Of a DNA stretch of 24,000 nt, positions 1-7,990 are shown piece by piece. Position numbers and translations under genes: made by a program. Location: positions 74,846 to 98,845 of the forward strand of contig JALHLV010000003.1 in NCBI GenBank assembly GCA_022844405.1. Direction: 5' to 3'. Under the pieces are notes generated by a model. It searched no databases. It saw nothing but the letters and a program-made list of their open reading frames with translations, and was not told the DNA's origin. How positions within the stretch are numbered: the first letter of the stretch is position 1; the number at the start of each line of letters is the position of its first letter. This DNA is from Sphingomonadales bacterium. Its GTDB lineage: Bacteria; Pseudomonadota; Alphaproteobacteria; SMXS01.

Positions 1-1182
1 GGTGCCGGCGATCACGTCTTCCTGGGTGAACACCGCATGCTCGGGCCGCTCCGCCGCCTCGCCCGGCGCCGCCTTGGGGTCGCCCACCAGGCTCAGCCCG
101 CGCGCCTTGTCGGCCGGCACGTCGATCCGCAGCGTCCACTTGTCGAACAGGCACTTGTCCGGATCGGTCGGATGCGGCCGCGGCCGCATCACCCACAGCT
201 CCTCCGGCTTGATGGTCATGATGACGTTGGGGAACAGGTCGTATTGCAGCACGTCCGACACCTGGTCGTCAGTGAAGCCCGAATAGTCGAAGCCCAGCGC
301 CTCGCCCACCTCGCGCTTGCGCCGCTGCACTGCCTTGCGGATGTCGGGCACCCGCCCCTTGAAGTCGGCCGGATCGAGGCCCAGCGGCCGGATCGCGGCC
401 TGCAGGATCGGCGGCACCTCGTCCGGCGTGCCGTAGCGCGGATTGGTCACATAGCCTTCGACCAGCACCCGCCGGTGTCCGAACGGCCACAGTTCGTTGC
501 CCGCGTTGCAGCAGTCGACGAAGCTGGCGTGCTGCGGGTGGATGAAGTCTACGTGGTACTGCTCGTTGAAATTGTCGATGCACGTCTTCCAGTTGGCGTC
601 GAGGGCCACGGTCTGGTCGCTCACCAGCACCATGTCATCGAACCGGTAGGGCGCCAGTTGTTCCTCGACCACGCCGAGGAATTCGGACAGCGGCCCGGCC
701 TCCAGATCCATGTTGATCCACACCAGCCCGCCCCAGGTTTCCACGAGTACCGGCTTCAGCGACAGCTCCTCGCACGGCAGCCCTTGCGCGAACCGTTCGG
801 AGTCCGGCACCGACTTCAGCGCGCCGTCCAGCTCGTAGGTCCAGCCGTGATACGGGCAGGCGATGGCCGGCACCGAGCCGCGCTCGTTGGTCATGATCCG
901 GTTGCCGCGGTGCTGGCAGGCGTTGTAGACCGCCGACAGCGCGCCCGCGTCGGTCCGCGTCACGATGATCGACTCCCGGCCGATGTCGAACACGAAATAG
1001 TCGCCGGCCTCTCCCACGTCGCACTCGAGGCCGGCCAGCAGCCAGCTCCGCGTCCACATGCCGTCCCACTCGCGCGCCATGAAGGCCCGCGACGTATAGC
1101 GGTCAGCGTCCAGCGTCGCCCTGGCGCGCGGCGTCGCCGGCGGCCCGTCGGCGAAATCGATATAGGTATTGGTCTGCGGCAT
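1..1182 (-). CDS. Rieske [2Fe-2S] ring-hydroxylating oxygenase, alpha (large) subunit; C-terminus lies beyond the window edge
   Basis: Not in the ORF track because no stop falls inside the window. My minus-strand translation from ATG 1182..1180 gives MPQTNTYIDFADGPP...AVYNACQHRGNRIMTNERGSVPAIACPYHGWTYELDG (CxH-17-CxxH Rieske motif). It continues NWKTCIDNFNEQYHVDFIHPQH (non-heme Fe ligand motif) and stays open to base 1. SD-like GGGGAGAAAG lies 5 nt upstream of the ATG. Confidence 0.85.
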   Translation of the reverse strand, partial: MPQTNTYIDFADGPPATPRARATLDADRYTSRAFMAREWDGMWTRSWLLAGLECDVGEAGDYFVFDIGRESIIVTRTDAGALSAVYNACQHRGNRIMTNERGSVPAIACPYHGWTYELDGALKSVPDSERFAQGLPCEELSLKPVLVETWGGLVWINMDLEAGPLSEFLGVVEEQLAPYRFDDMVLVSDQTVALDANWKTCIDNFNEQYHVDFIHPQHASFVDCCNAGNELWPFGHRRVLVEGYVTNPRYGTPDEVPPILQAAIRPLGLDPADFKGRVPDIRKAVQRRKREVGEALGFDYSGFTDDQVSDVLQYDLFPNVIMTIKPEELWVMRPRPHPTDPDKCLFDKWTLRIDVPADKARGLSLVGDPKAAPGEAAERPEHAVFTQEDVIAGT

Positions 1183-1296
1183 CGACGCTTTCTCCCCGAC
1201 CCGTCCGCGCGCTCTCCCAAAGTCTAGCACGGAGGCGGCCCTTGTTGTGACATCCGTTTTGCGTGCACAGTGCTGCCGTCGAAGGGGAGACACCGC

Positions 1297-2271
1297 ATGG
1301 CCAGCAAGAAACCGTTCCGCTTTTCCTGGCAGGCGTTCAACGCCACCTCCGCGTCGCAGTGGCGCGAGAAGGCCCGCCGCGCCGAGGCGCTGGGCTATTC
1401 GACCTTCCATGTCGCCGACCATTATATCGGCCCCGGCCCGGCGCTCGCCGCCACCAACCATCCGGTCCAGGACATCGCCGCCGTGCCGGCGCTGGCCATG
1501 GCCGCCGAGGCGACCAGCACCATCAATGTCGGCGCCCGCGTGTTCTGCACCGGCTACCGCCCCGCGCCGATCCTGATCAAGGAGGCCATGACCCTGGACT
1601 TCCTGTCCGACGGCCGCTTTGAGCTGGGCCTGGGCGCCGGCTGGATCAGGAACGAGTACGAGGCCATGGGCATCCCCTTCCCCAGCGCCGGCACCCGCAT
1701 CAAGCGGCTCGAGGAAACCATCCGCCTCGCCAAGGCCTCCATGCGCGGCGAGATGCTGAACCTCGACAGCGAACACGTCCACGCCGTCGGCTACGAAGCC
1801 GTCCCCGTCCCGCCGCGCGGCCGCGTGCCGCTGATCGTCGGCGGCGGTGCACCCAGGGTGCTGGGCGTCGCCGGGCGCGAGGCCGACATCGTCAGCATCA
1901 ACTTCAACAACCACACCGGCCGCATCGGCCCGGAATCCCTCGCCAACTCCACCGCCGCCGAGACCCGCAAGAAGATCGGCTGGATCCGCGATGGCGCCGG
2001 CGACCGCTTCGACGACATCGAACTGGAGATCGGCATGATCTTCGTCGCGCTCGACGACAGCCAGCGCGCCGCCGCCGAAATCTGGGCGAAAATGTTCGAC
2101 ATCACCCTCGACGACCTGAAGGACTGCCCCCACGCGCTGATCGGCTCGGTCGACAGCGTCTGCGACGACCTGCAGCGCCTGCGCGAGGAATTCGGCATCA
2201 GCTACATCAACGTCCAGGACCAGTACGGCGAAGCGTTCGCACCCGTCGTGGCGCGGCTGACGGGCAAGTAG
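1297..2271 (+). CDS. Luciferase-like (LLM class) flavin/F420-dependent oxidoreductase
   Basis: ORF 1270..2271. MASKKPFRFSWQAFNATS...ALGYSTFHVADHY...GRFELGLGAGW...PLIVGGGAPRVLGVAGREADIVSIN is typical of the LLM TIM-barrel family. I prefer ATG 1297 because AGGGGAGA lies 6 nt upstream. Divergent from the Rieske gene. Confidence 0.75.
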   Translation: MASKKPFRFSWQAFNATSASQWREKARRAEALGYSTFHVADHYIGPGPALAATNHPVQDIAAVPALAMAAEATSTINVGARVFCTGYRPAPILIKEAMTLDFLSDGRFELGLGAGWIRNEYEAMGIPFPSAGTRIKRLEETIRLAKASMRGEMLNLDSEHVHAVGYEAVPVPPRGRVPLIVGGGAPRVLGVAGREADIVSINFNNHTGRIGPESLANSTAAETRKKIGWIRDGAGDRFDDIELEIGMIFVALDDSQRAAAEIWAKMFDITLDDLKDCPHALIGSVDSVCDDLQRLREEFGISYINVQDQYGEAFAPVVARLTGK

Positions 2272-2318
2272 CGGCGCCTCGCCACGCCCCGGTCTTCAAG
2301 CTCTCGAAGTGGCGCCGA

Positions 2319-4868
2319 TCAGAACTCCGCGGTCAACTCGATGCCCCACGCCCGACCCGGTCCCACCGTGCCAGCCGCGAACAGCGGCGCGATGATCGCC
2401 GGGAACTCGTTGCGCTCGTTCGTCAGGTTGGTGCCGAACACCGCCACCTTGAAACCGTCCCAGCTGTAGCTGATCGAGGCGTTCAGATCTTCACGAGACG
2501 GCACCAGTCCGGTCGCCAGGTTGAGCAGGTCGCCCTGCACCTTGCTGATGACGCTGTACTTCACGCCGAGCTGCAGGTCGCCGGGGCCGATGGCGATGGT
2601 GTAGGTACCGCCGATGCCCCAGGTCCATTTCGGCGCGTTCCGGGGGGTCAGGAAGTTGGCGTCGACGATGCACTCGATGCTGCCCGAGCAACTGTCGTTC
2701 GGGTTCACGTCAGTCCGGAAATCCTTGTACGTGGCGTCCAGATAGCCGACCGAGGCGAACAGGCTCAGATTGTCGGTCACCACCGCCTGGAGTTCCGCCT
2801 CGGCGCCCTGATAGATAACCGAGGCCACGTTGCTGAACACCGTCACCACCGTGTTGGTGGTCGGGTCGAACTGAACCGATTGTTCCTGCTTGTTGTGGAA
2901 GTTGTTGCGGAACAGGGCCACGTTGGTCTGCAGCCGGTTGTCGAACCACTGGGCTTTCACGCCAACCTCGAAGGACTGCGAGGTCTCGGGATCGTATTGG
3001 TCGCGCACGAAGTCGGAGACGTTCTGGTTGACGCCGAAGAAGCCGCCCGAATGCCAGCCCTTGGCGTAGGAGCCGTAAACCAGGATGTCGTCCGTGGCCT
3101 TCCAGGACAGGCCGGCCTTCGGCGAAACGTCGGTCCAGCTGTTCCTGAGGTCGGCGAACTCGGGGAAGTTGTCGATGCCGACACGATCCAGCGGCGTGAT
3201 GTAGGCCTGGGCGCCGATGAAGTGCTTCTTCTCCCGGGTCCAGCGGACACCGGCCGACAGGGTCAGGTTGGGGATGAACTCCCAGTCCACATGCGCGAAG
3301 GCCGCCTGCGACGAGGTCGTCTGGCTCTCGAAGAGTTTGTTCGGGCTGTTGGGCCCGTAGGCCACGTCGCCCGCACCGGAGTCACATCTTACCTGACCGA
3401 ACACAGCCTTCAGCCCAGGCGTGGTTCGCGGCGCGAGACAGGCGGCGGCCGGCGTGGCGAAACCGGTCAGCGTCGCCAGCGACGGGTCGATCCAGGTATT
3501 GGTCGCCAGCGAATAGCCGCTGAGCGACGACACGAACTGCCAGAACGAGCCGCCAGTCACCCACTTCTGGTCGAACTTGCTGTGGAAGAGATACCCGCCA
3601 ACGACCGCGTCGATCTTGCCGAGCGAGGTATCCCAGTTGCCCTCGAGGCGGAATTCCTCGCTCCACTGCTTGTAGGTGTTGTCACGCTCGATGGTGATGA
3701 AGTCAGCCGTCGAGCCGTCGAAGTCGTATTTGCGGTACTCGCGCATGTCGCGGATGCCGGTCACCGACACCAGCTTCACCTCGTCGCTCAGCGTAGCCGA
3801 CATGCTCAGCGTATAAGCCGTTGTGTTGACGCGCCCGGGATTGGGCAGATCGGTGGCGATCTCCTTTCGCGGAAACGCCAAGGTGGTGCGGCAAGGCACG
3901 TTTTGGATGCCGAAGACGCCCGGCAGGAAGCAGCCGAGGAACCCGCCGCTAAAATCCGGTTCGCGGGGATCGGTGGGTTTGGAACGCACACCGGCGGCGA
4001 AGTTCCAGTTGGTCAGGTAGGCGCCGCCCTGGCCATGGTCCTCGAACCGCTCCACCGTGAACTGGGCTTCGAACCAGTCGTTGGGCGTCGCCAGCAGGGT
4101 CAGGCCGTAGTTCTTGTAGTCCTTTTGTGGCTGTGTGGTGTTCAGAAAGGTGTTCCTGAACCAGCCATTGCGGGCCTGGACGGTGAAGAACGCCTTCGCC
4201 GCCAGCTTGTCCTGCACCACCGGCGCGTTGATCACGGCGCGGAATTCCTGCTGATTCCACCGACCGAACGTGTACTGCGCCTTGGCGCCGAATTCCCCGG
4301 TTGGCCGGCTGCGGATCACGTTGAGCACGCCGCCTACCGTATTGCGGCCGTAAAGCGTTCCCTGCGGGCCGCGCAGGATTTCAATACGCTCGAGGTCGAA
4401 ATTGTCGATCACCTGCCCAGACAGCGAGCCCAGATAGATGCCGTCAATCATGACCGCGATCGGCGAGTCCAGCGAGTTGTCGTCCGTTCGGGTCGGGCTG
4501 ATGCCTCGGATGGTAATCGACGAGCCGCCCGCGCGCTCTGGATTTGCGTCGATGCGCACATTGGCCGAATAGCCGTTCAGGTCGCGGATATCGCGGACGG
4601 TCGCCAGCTTCAACTCGCTGGTCAGCGCGGTCATGGCGACCGGCACTTCCTGCGCCGTTTCCTCGGTCTTGCGAGCGGTGACCAGCACCTGCTCCACTCT
4701 GGGCGAGGATTTAGGCGGCGGATTGTCTGCGACCTTCTGGGGTGGCGCGGCGGCCGCGTCCGGCGCCGGCTGCGCCGCGGCGATGGTCGGAACGGTCACG
4801 ACGAGCAGGGTGGCTAGTGACGTTGCGGCACAGGATGCAATGCGTCCAACCGCGACAAATCGCTTCAT
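2319..4868 (-). CDS. TonB-dependent outer-membrane receptor (paralog 1)
   Basis: ORF 2319..4988. Start trimmed to ATG 4868, which has GGGGAGGG upstream and gives signal peptide MKRFVAVGRIASCAATSLATLLVVTVPTIAAAQPA. Plug-domain motifs VLVTARKTEETAQEVPVAMTAL and RIEILRGPQGTLYGRNTVGGVLNV are present. Long beta-barrel ends in the aromatic terminal residue ...WGIELTAEF. Confidence 0.9.
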   Translation of the reverse strand: MKRFVAVGRIASCAATSLATLLVVTVPTIAAAQPAPDAAAAPPQKVADNPPPKSSPRVEQVLVTARKTEETAQEVPVAMTALTSELKLATVRDIRDLNGYSANVRIDANPERAGGSSITIRGISPTRTDDNSLDSPIAVMIDGIYLGSLSGQVIDNFDLERIEILRGPQGTLYGRNTVGGVLNVIRSRPTGEFGAKAQYTFGRWNQQEFRAVINAPVVQDKLAAKAFFTVQARNGWFRNTFLNTTQPQKDYKNYGLTLLATPNDWFEAQFTVERFEDHGQGGAYLTNWNFAAGVRSKPTDPREPDFSGGFLGCFLPGVFGIQNVPCRTTLAFPRKEIATDLPNPGRVNTTAYTLSMSATLSDEVKLVSVTGIRDMREYRKYDFDGSTADFITIERDNTYKQWSEEFRLEGNWDTSLGKIDAVVGGYLFHSKFDQKWVTGGSFWQFVSSLSGYSLATNTWIDPSLATLTGFATPAAACLAPRTTPGLKAVFGQVRCDSGAGDVAYGPNSPNKLFESQTTSSQAAFAHVDWEFIPNLTLSAGVRWTREKKHFIGAQAYITPLDRVGIDNFPEFADLRNSWTDVSPKAGLSWKATDDILVYGSYAKGWHSGGFFGVNQNVSDFVRDQYDPETSQSFEVGVKAQWFDNRLQTNVALFRNNFHNKQEQSVQFDPTTNTVVTVFSNVASVIYQGAEAELQAVVTDNLSLFASVGYLDATYKDFRTDVNPNDSCSGSIECIVDANFLTPRNAPKWTWGIGGTYTIAIGPGDLQLGVKYSVISKVQGDLLNLATGLVPSREDLNASISYSWDGFKVAVFGTNLTNERNEFPAIIAPLFAAGTVGPGRAWGIELTAEF

Positions 4869-5017
4869 GGCAGGTCCCTCCCCAAAAAAACGACCGCCCT
4901 TGACGGCCGCTATTGCATCGGTTCCCACATTCCATGGTGGAAATCTCGTGCCGTCGCGGACCCGGCGATCGATGAGAAAAGCGTGCACCCGCCAATGGCG
5001 TTAATCAACGACTATTT
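4869..5017 (-). promoter_or_regulatory. Structured 5' leader plus promoter-proximal conserved box of TBDR paralog 1
   Basis: Minus-strand elements: box AAATAGTCGTTGATTAAC (5017..5000); conserved core GGCACGAGATTTCCACCATGGAATGTGGGAACCGATGC (4952..4915) containing hairpin UUUCCAC-CAUGGAAU-GUGGGAA; then CGGCCG-UCAAGGG-CGGUCG followed by U7 (4909..4884) directly before the SD. The same layout lies upstream of paralog 2. Confidence 0.35.
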
Positions 5018-5071
5018 GTTCCGGCCGTATTGTTAACATCTCCTCAGTCGTTTGAAACAGAACGCCTCTGC

Positions 5072-5105
5072 AACGAAAAGAGGTGCGCCGTCGCCGGCGC
5101 ACCTC
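5072..5105 (-). terminator. Rho-independent terminator downstream of TBDR paralog 2
   Basis: The minus strand reads GAGGTGCGCCG-GCGA-CGGCGCACCTC-TTTTCGTT. That is a perfect 11-bp GC-rich stem, a 4-nt loop and a U-tract, 30 nt after the stop at 5136. Confidence 0.7.
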
Positions 5106-5135
5106 CCGTTCTTCAAGCTCTCGAAGTGGCGCGGA

Positions 5136-7676
5136 TCAGAACTCCGCGGCCAGCTCGACGCCCCAGCTCCAGCCCGGCCCGATAGTGCTGGACGCGAACA
5201 GCGGCGCGATGATTGTGGGAACCTCGTTCCGCTCGTTGGTGAGGTTGCGGCCGAACATCGTCACCCGGTACTTGTCCCAGATGTAGCTGACCGACGCGCT
5301 CAGGTCGTCGCGGGGCCGAACAGCGCCCAGCGTCTGGTTGAGCAGATTGCCCTGGACCTTGCCGACATAGGCGTACTTGACGTTGAGCTGCAGGTCGCCC
5401 GGTCCGACCGTCACCGTGTAGACGCCGCCGATGCCCGCCGTCAGCTTCGGTGCGTTCCGGACCTCAAGATAGGAAGCGTCGACGACGCACTCTGGCTTGC
5501 CGGTGCAGGTGTCGTTCGGGTTGACGTCGGTGAAGAAGTCCTTGTACTGGGCGTCCAGCAGGCCGATCGATCCGAAGAGGTTGAGCTGATCGGTCACGGC
5601 GGCCTGGACCTCGGCCTCGATACCCTTGTAGATCACGTTCGCCACGTTGGAGAACACCGTCGCGACCGTATTCGTCGACTCGTCGAACTGCACCGCCTGT
5701 TCCTGCTTGTTCTTGAAGGTGTTGTGGAACAGCGCGATGTTGGTCTGCAGCCGGTTGTCGAACCACTGGGCCTTCACGCCGATTTCGAACGACCGCGAGG
5801 TCTCGGGATCGTACTGGTCGCGCTCGAAGTCGGCGACGTTCTGGTTCACGCCGAAGAAGCCGCCCGAGTGCCAGCCTTTCGAGAAATTGCCATAGAGCAG
5901 GATATCGTCGGTCGGCTTCCACGACAGGCCCACCTTGGGCGAGATGTCGTTCCAGCTATTCTCGAGGTCGGCGAACTCAGGGTAGTTGAACTCGTAGGCT
6001 CGCGAAACCGGCGCCAGATAGGCCTGGGCCGCGACGAAGTGCTTCTTCTCATGGCTATAGCGGACGCCGGCTTCCAGCGTCAGTCCGGGCAGGAACTCCC
6101 AGTCCGCGTGCGCGAACAGCGCTTGCGCGGTCGTCTTCTGGTCCTCGAACAGCTTCTGCACCAGCTTGGGGCCATAGGCTGTGTCGCCCGCCGCGGTGTC
6201 GCAGCGTACGTTGCCGAACCGCAGAGCAAGACAGGCGCCGACCGGCGTGAAGCCCGGGTGCGCCGCCTGGGCCAGGGGGCTGAGCCAGGTGTTGGACGCC
6301 AGCGAATAGCCGCTGAGCGCGCCGATGAACGTCCAGAAGTCGCCGCCGGTCACCCAGTTCTGGTTGAAGTCGCTGTACCAGTAGTACCCACCGATCAAGG
6401 CGTTGATCTTGCCCATCGATGTATCCCAGTTGCCTTCCAGCCGGACTTCGCCGCTGAACTGCTCGAACTGGTTGTCGCGCTCGATGGTGATGTGGTCCAC
6501 CTCGGTGCCGTCGAAGTCGTACTTGCGGTACTCCTTCATGTCGCGGTAGCCGAGCAGCGTGACCAGCTTCAACTCGTCGCTGAACTCGTAGGACGCGTCC
6601 AGGGTGAACGCCGTCGTGCGCACCCGGCCCGGATTGGGCAGGTCGGTCGAGATGTTCTTCGGGTCGTACGGAATCGTCGTCCGGCACGGCACGCTGGGCA
6701 CCGCGCTGATCAGGCCCGGCAAGAAGCAGGACAGGAAACCGCCGGCGTAATTGGGATCCTCGGGCCGGTCGGTCGGTGGCAGCACGCCCGGCGCGAAGTT
6801 CCAGCTGGTCAGGCCGGCGCCGCCCTGGCTGTCGTCCTCGAACCGCTCGATGGTCAGCTTGGCCTCGAACCGGTCGTTCGGCGTCGCCAGCAGGGTGATG
6901 CCATAGTTCATGTAGTCGCGCTGCGGCTGCCGCTCGTCACGGAACTCGTTGTAGAACCAGCCTTTGCTGTTCAGCGAGGTGAAAAACGCCTTGGCCGCCA
7001 GCTTGTCCTCGACGATCGGGATGTTGAACACGCCGCGGAACTCGTGCGTGTCCCACCGGCCGTAGGTGTATTGCAGCTTGGCGCCCCACTCGCCGGTCGG
7101 CCGGCTGCGGATCGCGTTCAGCACACCGCCGACCGTGTTGCGGCCGTACAGCGTGCCCTGCGGGCCGCGCAGGATTTCGATGCGCTCGATGTCGAAATTC
7201 TCCAGCACCTGACCCGACAGCGAGCCCAGATAGATGCCGTCGATCATGACGGCGATCGGCGAATCGAACGAGTTGTCGTCCGTGCGGGTCGGGCTGATGC
7301 CGCGGATGGTGATCGAGGCGGCGCTGGCGCGCGACGGATCGTTGTCGATGCGCACGTTCGCCGAATATCCATTCAGATCCTTCAGGTCGCGCACCGTGGC
7401 CAGCTTCAGTTCCGCGTTGATCGCGGTCATCGCGACCGGCACGTCCTGGGCCGATTCCTCGGTCTTTCGTGCCGTCACCAGCACGGAGTCGACGCGCGGG
7501 GCCGTCCGCGTCGCCTGGGCGAGTTGCTCGCCGCTGACCGCGGTTACCGGCGCCGGTGTTTCGCGCATGGTCTCCGCCGCGGACGCCCCGAAAGGCAGCA
7601 ACAGAACAGGTAGTGCGAACGCGGCCGTTCTGGCGGCGCGCGAGAACTCGCGAGGCGAGCGTGGCCTGTAAGTCAT
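5136..7676 (-). CDS. TonB-dependent outer-membrane receptor (paralog 2)
   Basis: ORF 5136..7766. Start trimmed to ATG 7676 (GGGGAGGAAAAC upstream), giving MTYRPRSPREFSRAARTAAFALPVLLLPFGASAAE. Collinear and highly similar to paralog 1 throughout: VLVTARKTEESAQDVPVAMTAI, RIEILRGPQGTLYGRNTVGGVLNA, ...WGVELAAEF. Confidence 0.9.
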   Translation of the reverse strand: MTYRPRSPREFSRAARTAAFALPVLLLPFGASAAETMRETPAPVTAVSGEQLAQATRTAPRVDSVLVTARKTEESAQDVPVAMTAINAELKLATVRDLKDLNGYSANVRIDNDPSRASAASITIRGISPTRTDDNSFDSPIAVMIDGIYLGSLSGQVLENFDIERIEILRGPQGTLYGRNTVGGVLNAIRSRPTGEWGAKLQYTYGRWDTHEFRGVFNIPIVEDKLAAKAFFTSLNSKGWFYNEFRDERQPQRDYMNYGITLLATPNDRFEAKLTIERFEDDSQGGAGLTSWNFAPGVLPPTDRPEDPNYAGGFLSCFLPGLISAVPSVPCRTTIPYDPKNISTDLPNPGRVRTTAFTLDASYEFSDELKLVTLLGYRDMKEYRKYDFDGTEVDHITIERDNQFEQFSGEVRLEGNWDTSMGKINALIGGYYWYSDFNQNWVTGGDFWTFIGALSGYSLASNTWLSPLAQAAHPGFTPVGACLALRFGNVRCDTAAGDTAYGPKLVQKLFEDQKTTAQALFAHADWEFLPGLTLEAGVRYSHEKKHFVAAQAYLAPVSRAYEFNYPEFADLENSWNDISPKVGLSWKPTDDILLYGNFSKGWHSGGFFGVNQNVADFERDQYDPETSRSFEIGVKAQWFDNRLQTNIALFHNTFKNKQEQAVQFDESTNTVATVFSNVANVIYKGIEAEVQAAVTDQLNLFGSIGLLDAQYKDFFTDVNPNDTCTGKPECVVDASYLEVRNAPKLTAGIGGVYTVTVGPGDLQLNVKYAYVGKVQGNLLNQTLGAVRPRDDLSASVSYIWDKYRVTMFGRNLTNERNEVPTIIAPLFASSTIGPGWSWGVELAAEF

Positions 7677-7825
7677 CGTGGTTTTCCTCCCCAAAAGCGA
7701 CCGCCGGGACGGCAACCTTGGGCATCGGACTTCGCATTCGATGGCGAAACCTCGTGCCCGCAGCATGCCAGACGGTCAATGCGACCAAGCCTGCCCTTGG
7801 CCCGAGAGTTAATCAACGATTATTT
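7677..7825 (-). promoter_or_regulatory. Structured 5' leader plus promoter-proximal conserved box of TBDR paralog 2
   Basis: Minus-strand elements: box AAATAATCGTTGATTAAC (7825..7808); conserved core GGCACGAGGTTTCGCCATCGAATGCGAAGTCCGATGCC (7758..7722) with hairpin UUUCGC-CAUCGAAU-GCGAAG. The stem sequence differs from paralog 1 but pairing is kept. A weaker hairpin plus U4 lies before the SD. Confidence 0.35.
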
Positions 7826-7990
7826 TTTTTGACGGTGCGTGCTTAATTTTTCAACACCGTGGTCCACAACGCTTTTTATAGACGGATACAATTTTGGCAG
7901 ACCCTCTGCCTATTCGCTATGACCGCTCGCCACCACACGCCTGCGGCTCCTGACGGGTAGGCACCTCTTCGAGGGGAATGACAGCCTGCG

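Noticed and set aside
37-1227. 396-aa plus-strand ORF and the small minus-strand ORFs 269-583, 635-1069 and 960-1220
   Set aside because: Arg/Pro/Gly-rich translations with no recognisable motifs. They are antisense or off-frame shadows of the real minus-strand Rieske oxygenase gene (frame ending at 1182) in high-GC DNA.
5000-5017. Fur, Irr or RirA iron box in the TBDR promoters
   Set aside because: AAATARTCGTTGATTAAC shares only the ATAAT core with the Fur consensus GATAATGATAATCATTATC. It lacks the TGA-N9-TCA (RirA) and TTTAGAA-N3-TTCTAAA (Irr) patterns. The similarity is insufficient to call iron regulation.
2880-7613. Long plus-strand ORFs 2880-4817 (645 aa) and 5052-7613 (853 aa)
   Set aside because: These are antisense to the two TonB-dependent receptor genes. 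Their composition is R/G/V/D-rich with no domain-like motifs, the typical stop-free antisense frames of GC-rich coding DNA.
7896-7910. Hairpin GGCAGA-CCC-TCTGCC as the rtcA terminator
   Set aside because: On the rtcA (minus) strand it is followed by AAAATTG rather than a U-tract, and the stem is only 6 bp. It may contribute to termination but cannot be supported as an intrinsic terminator.
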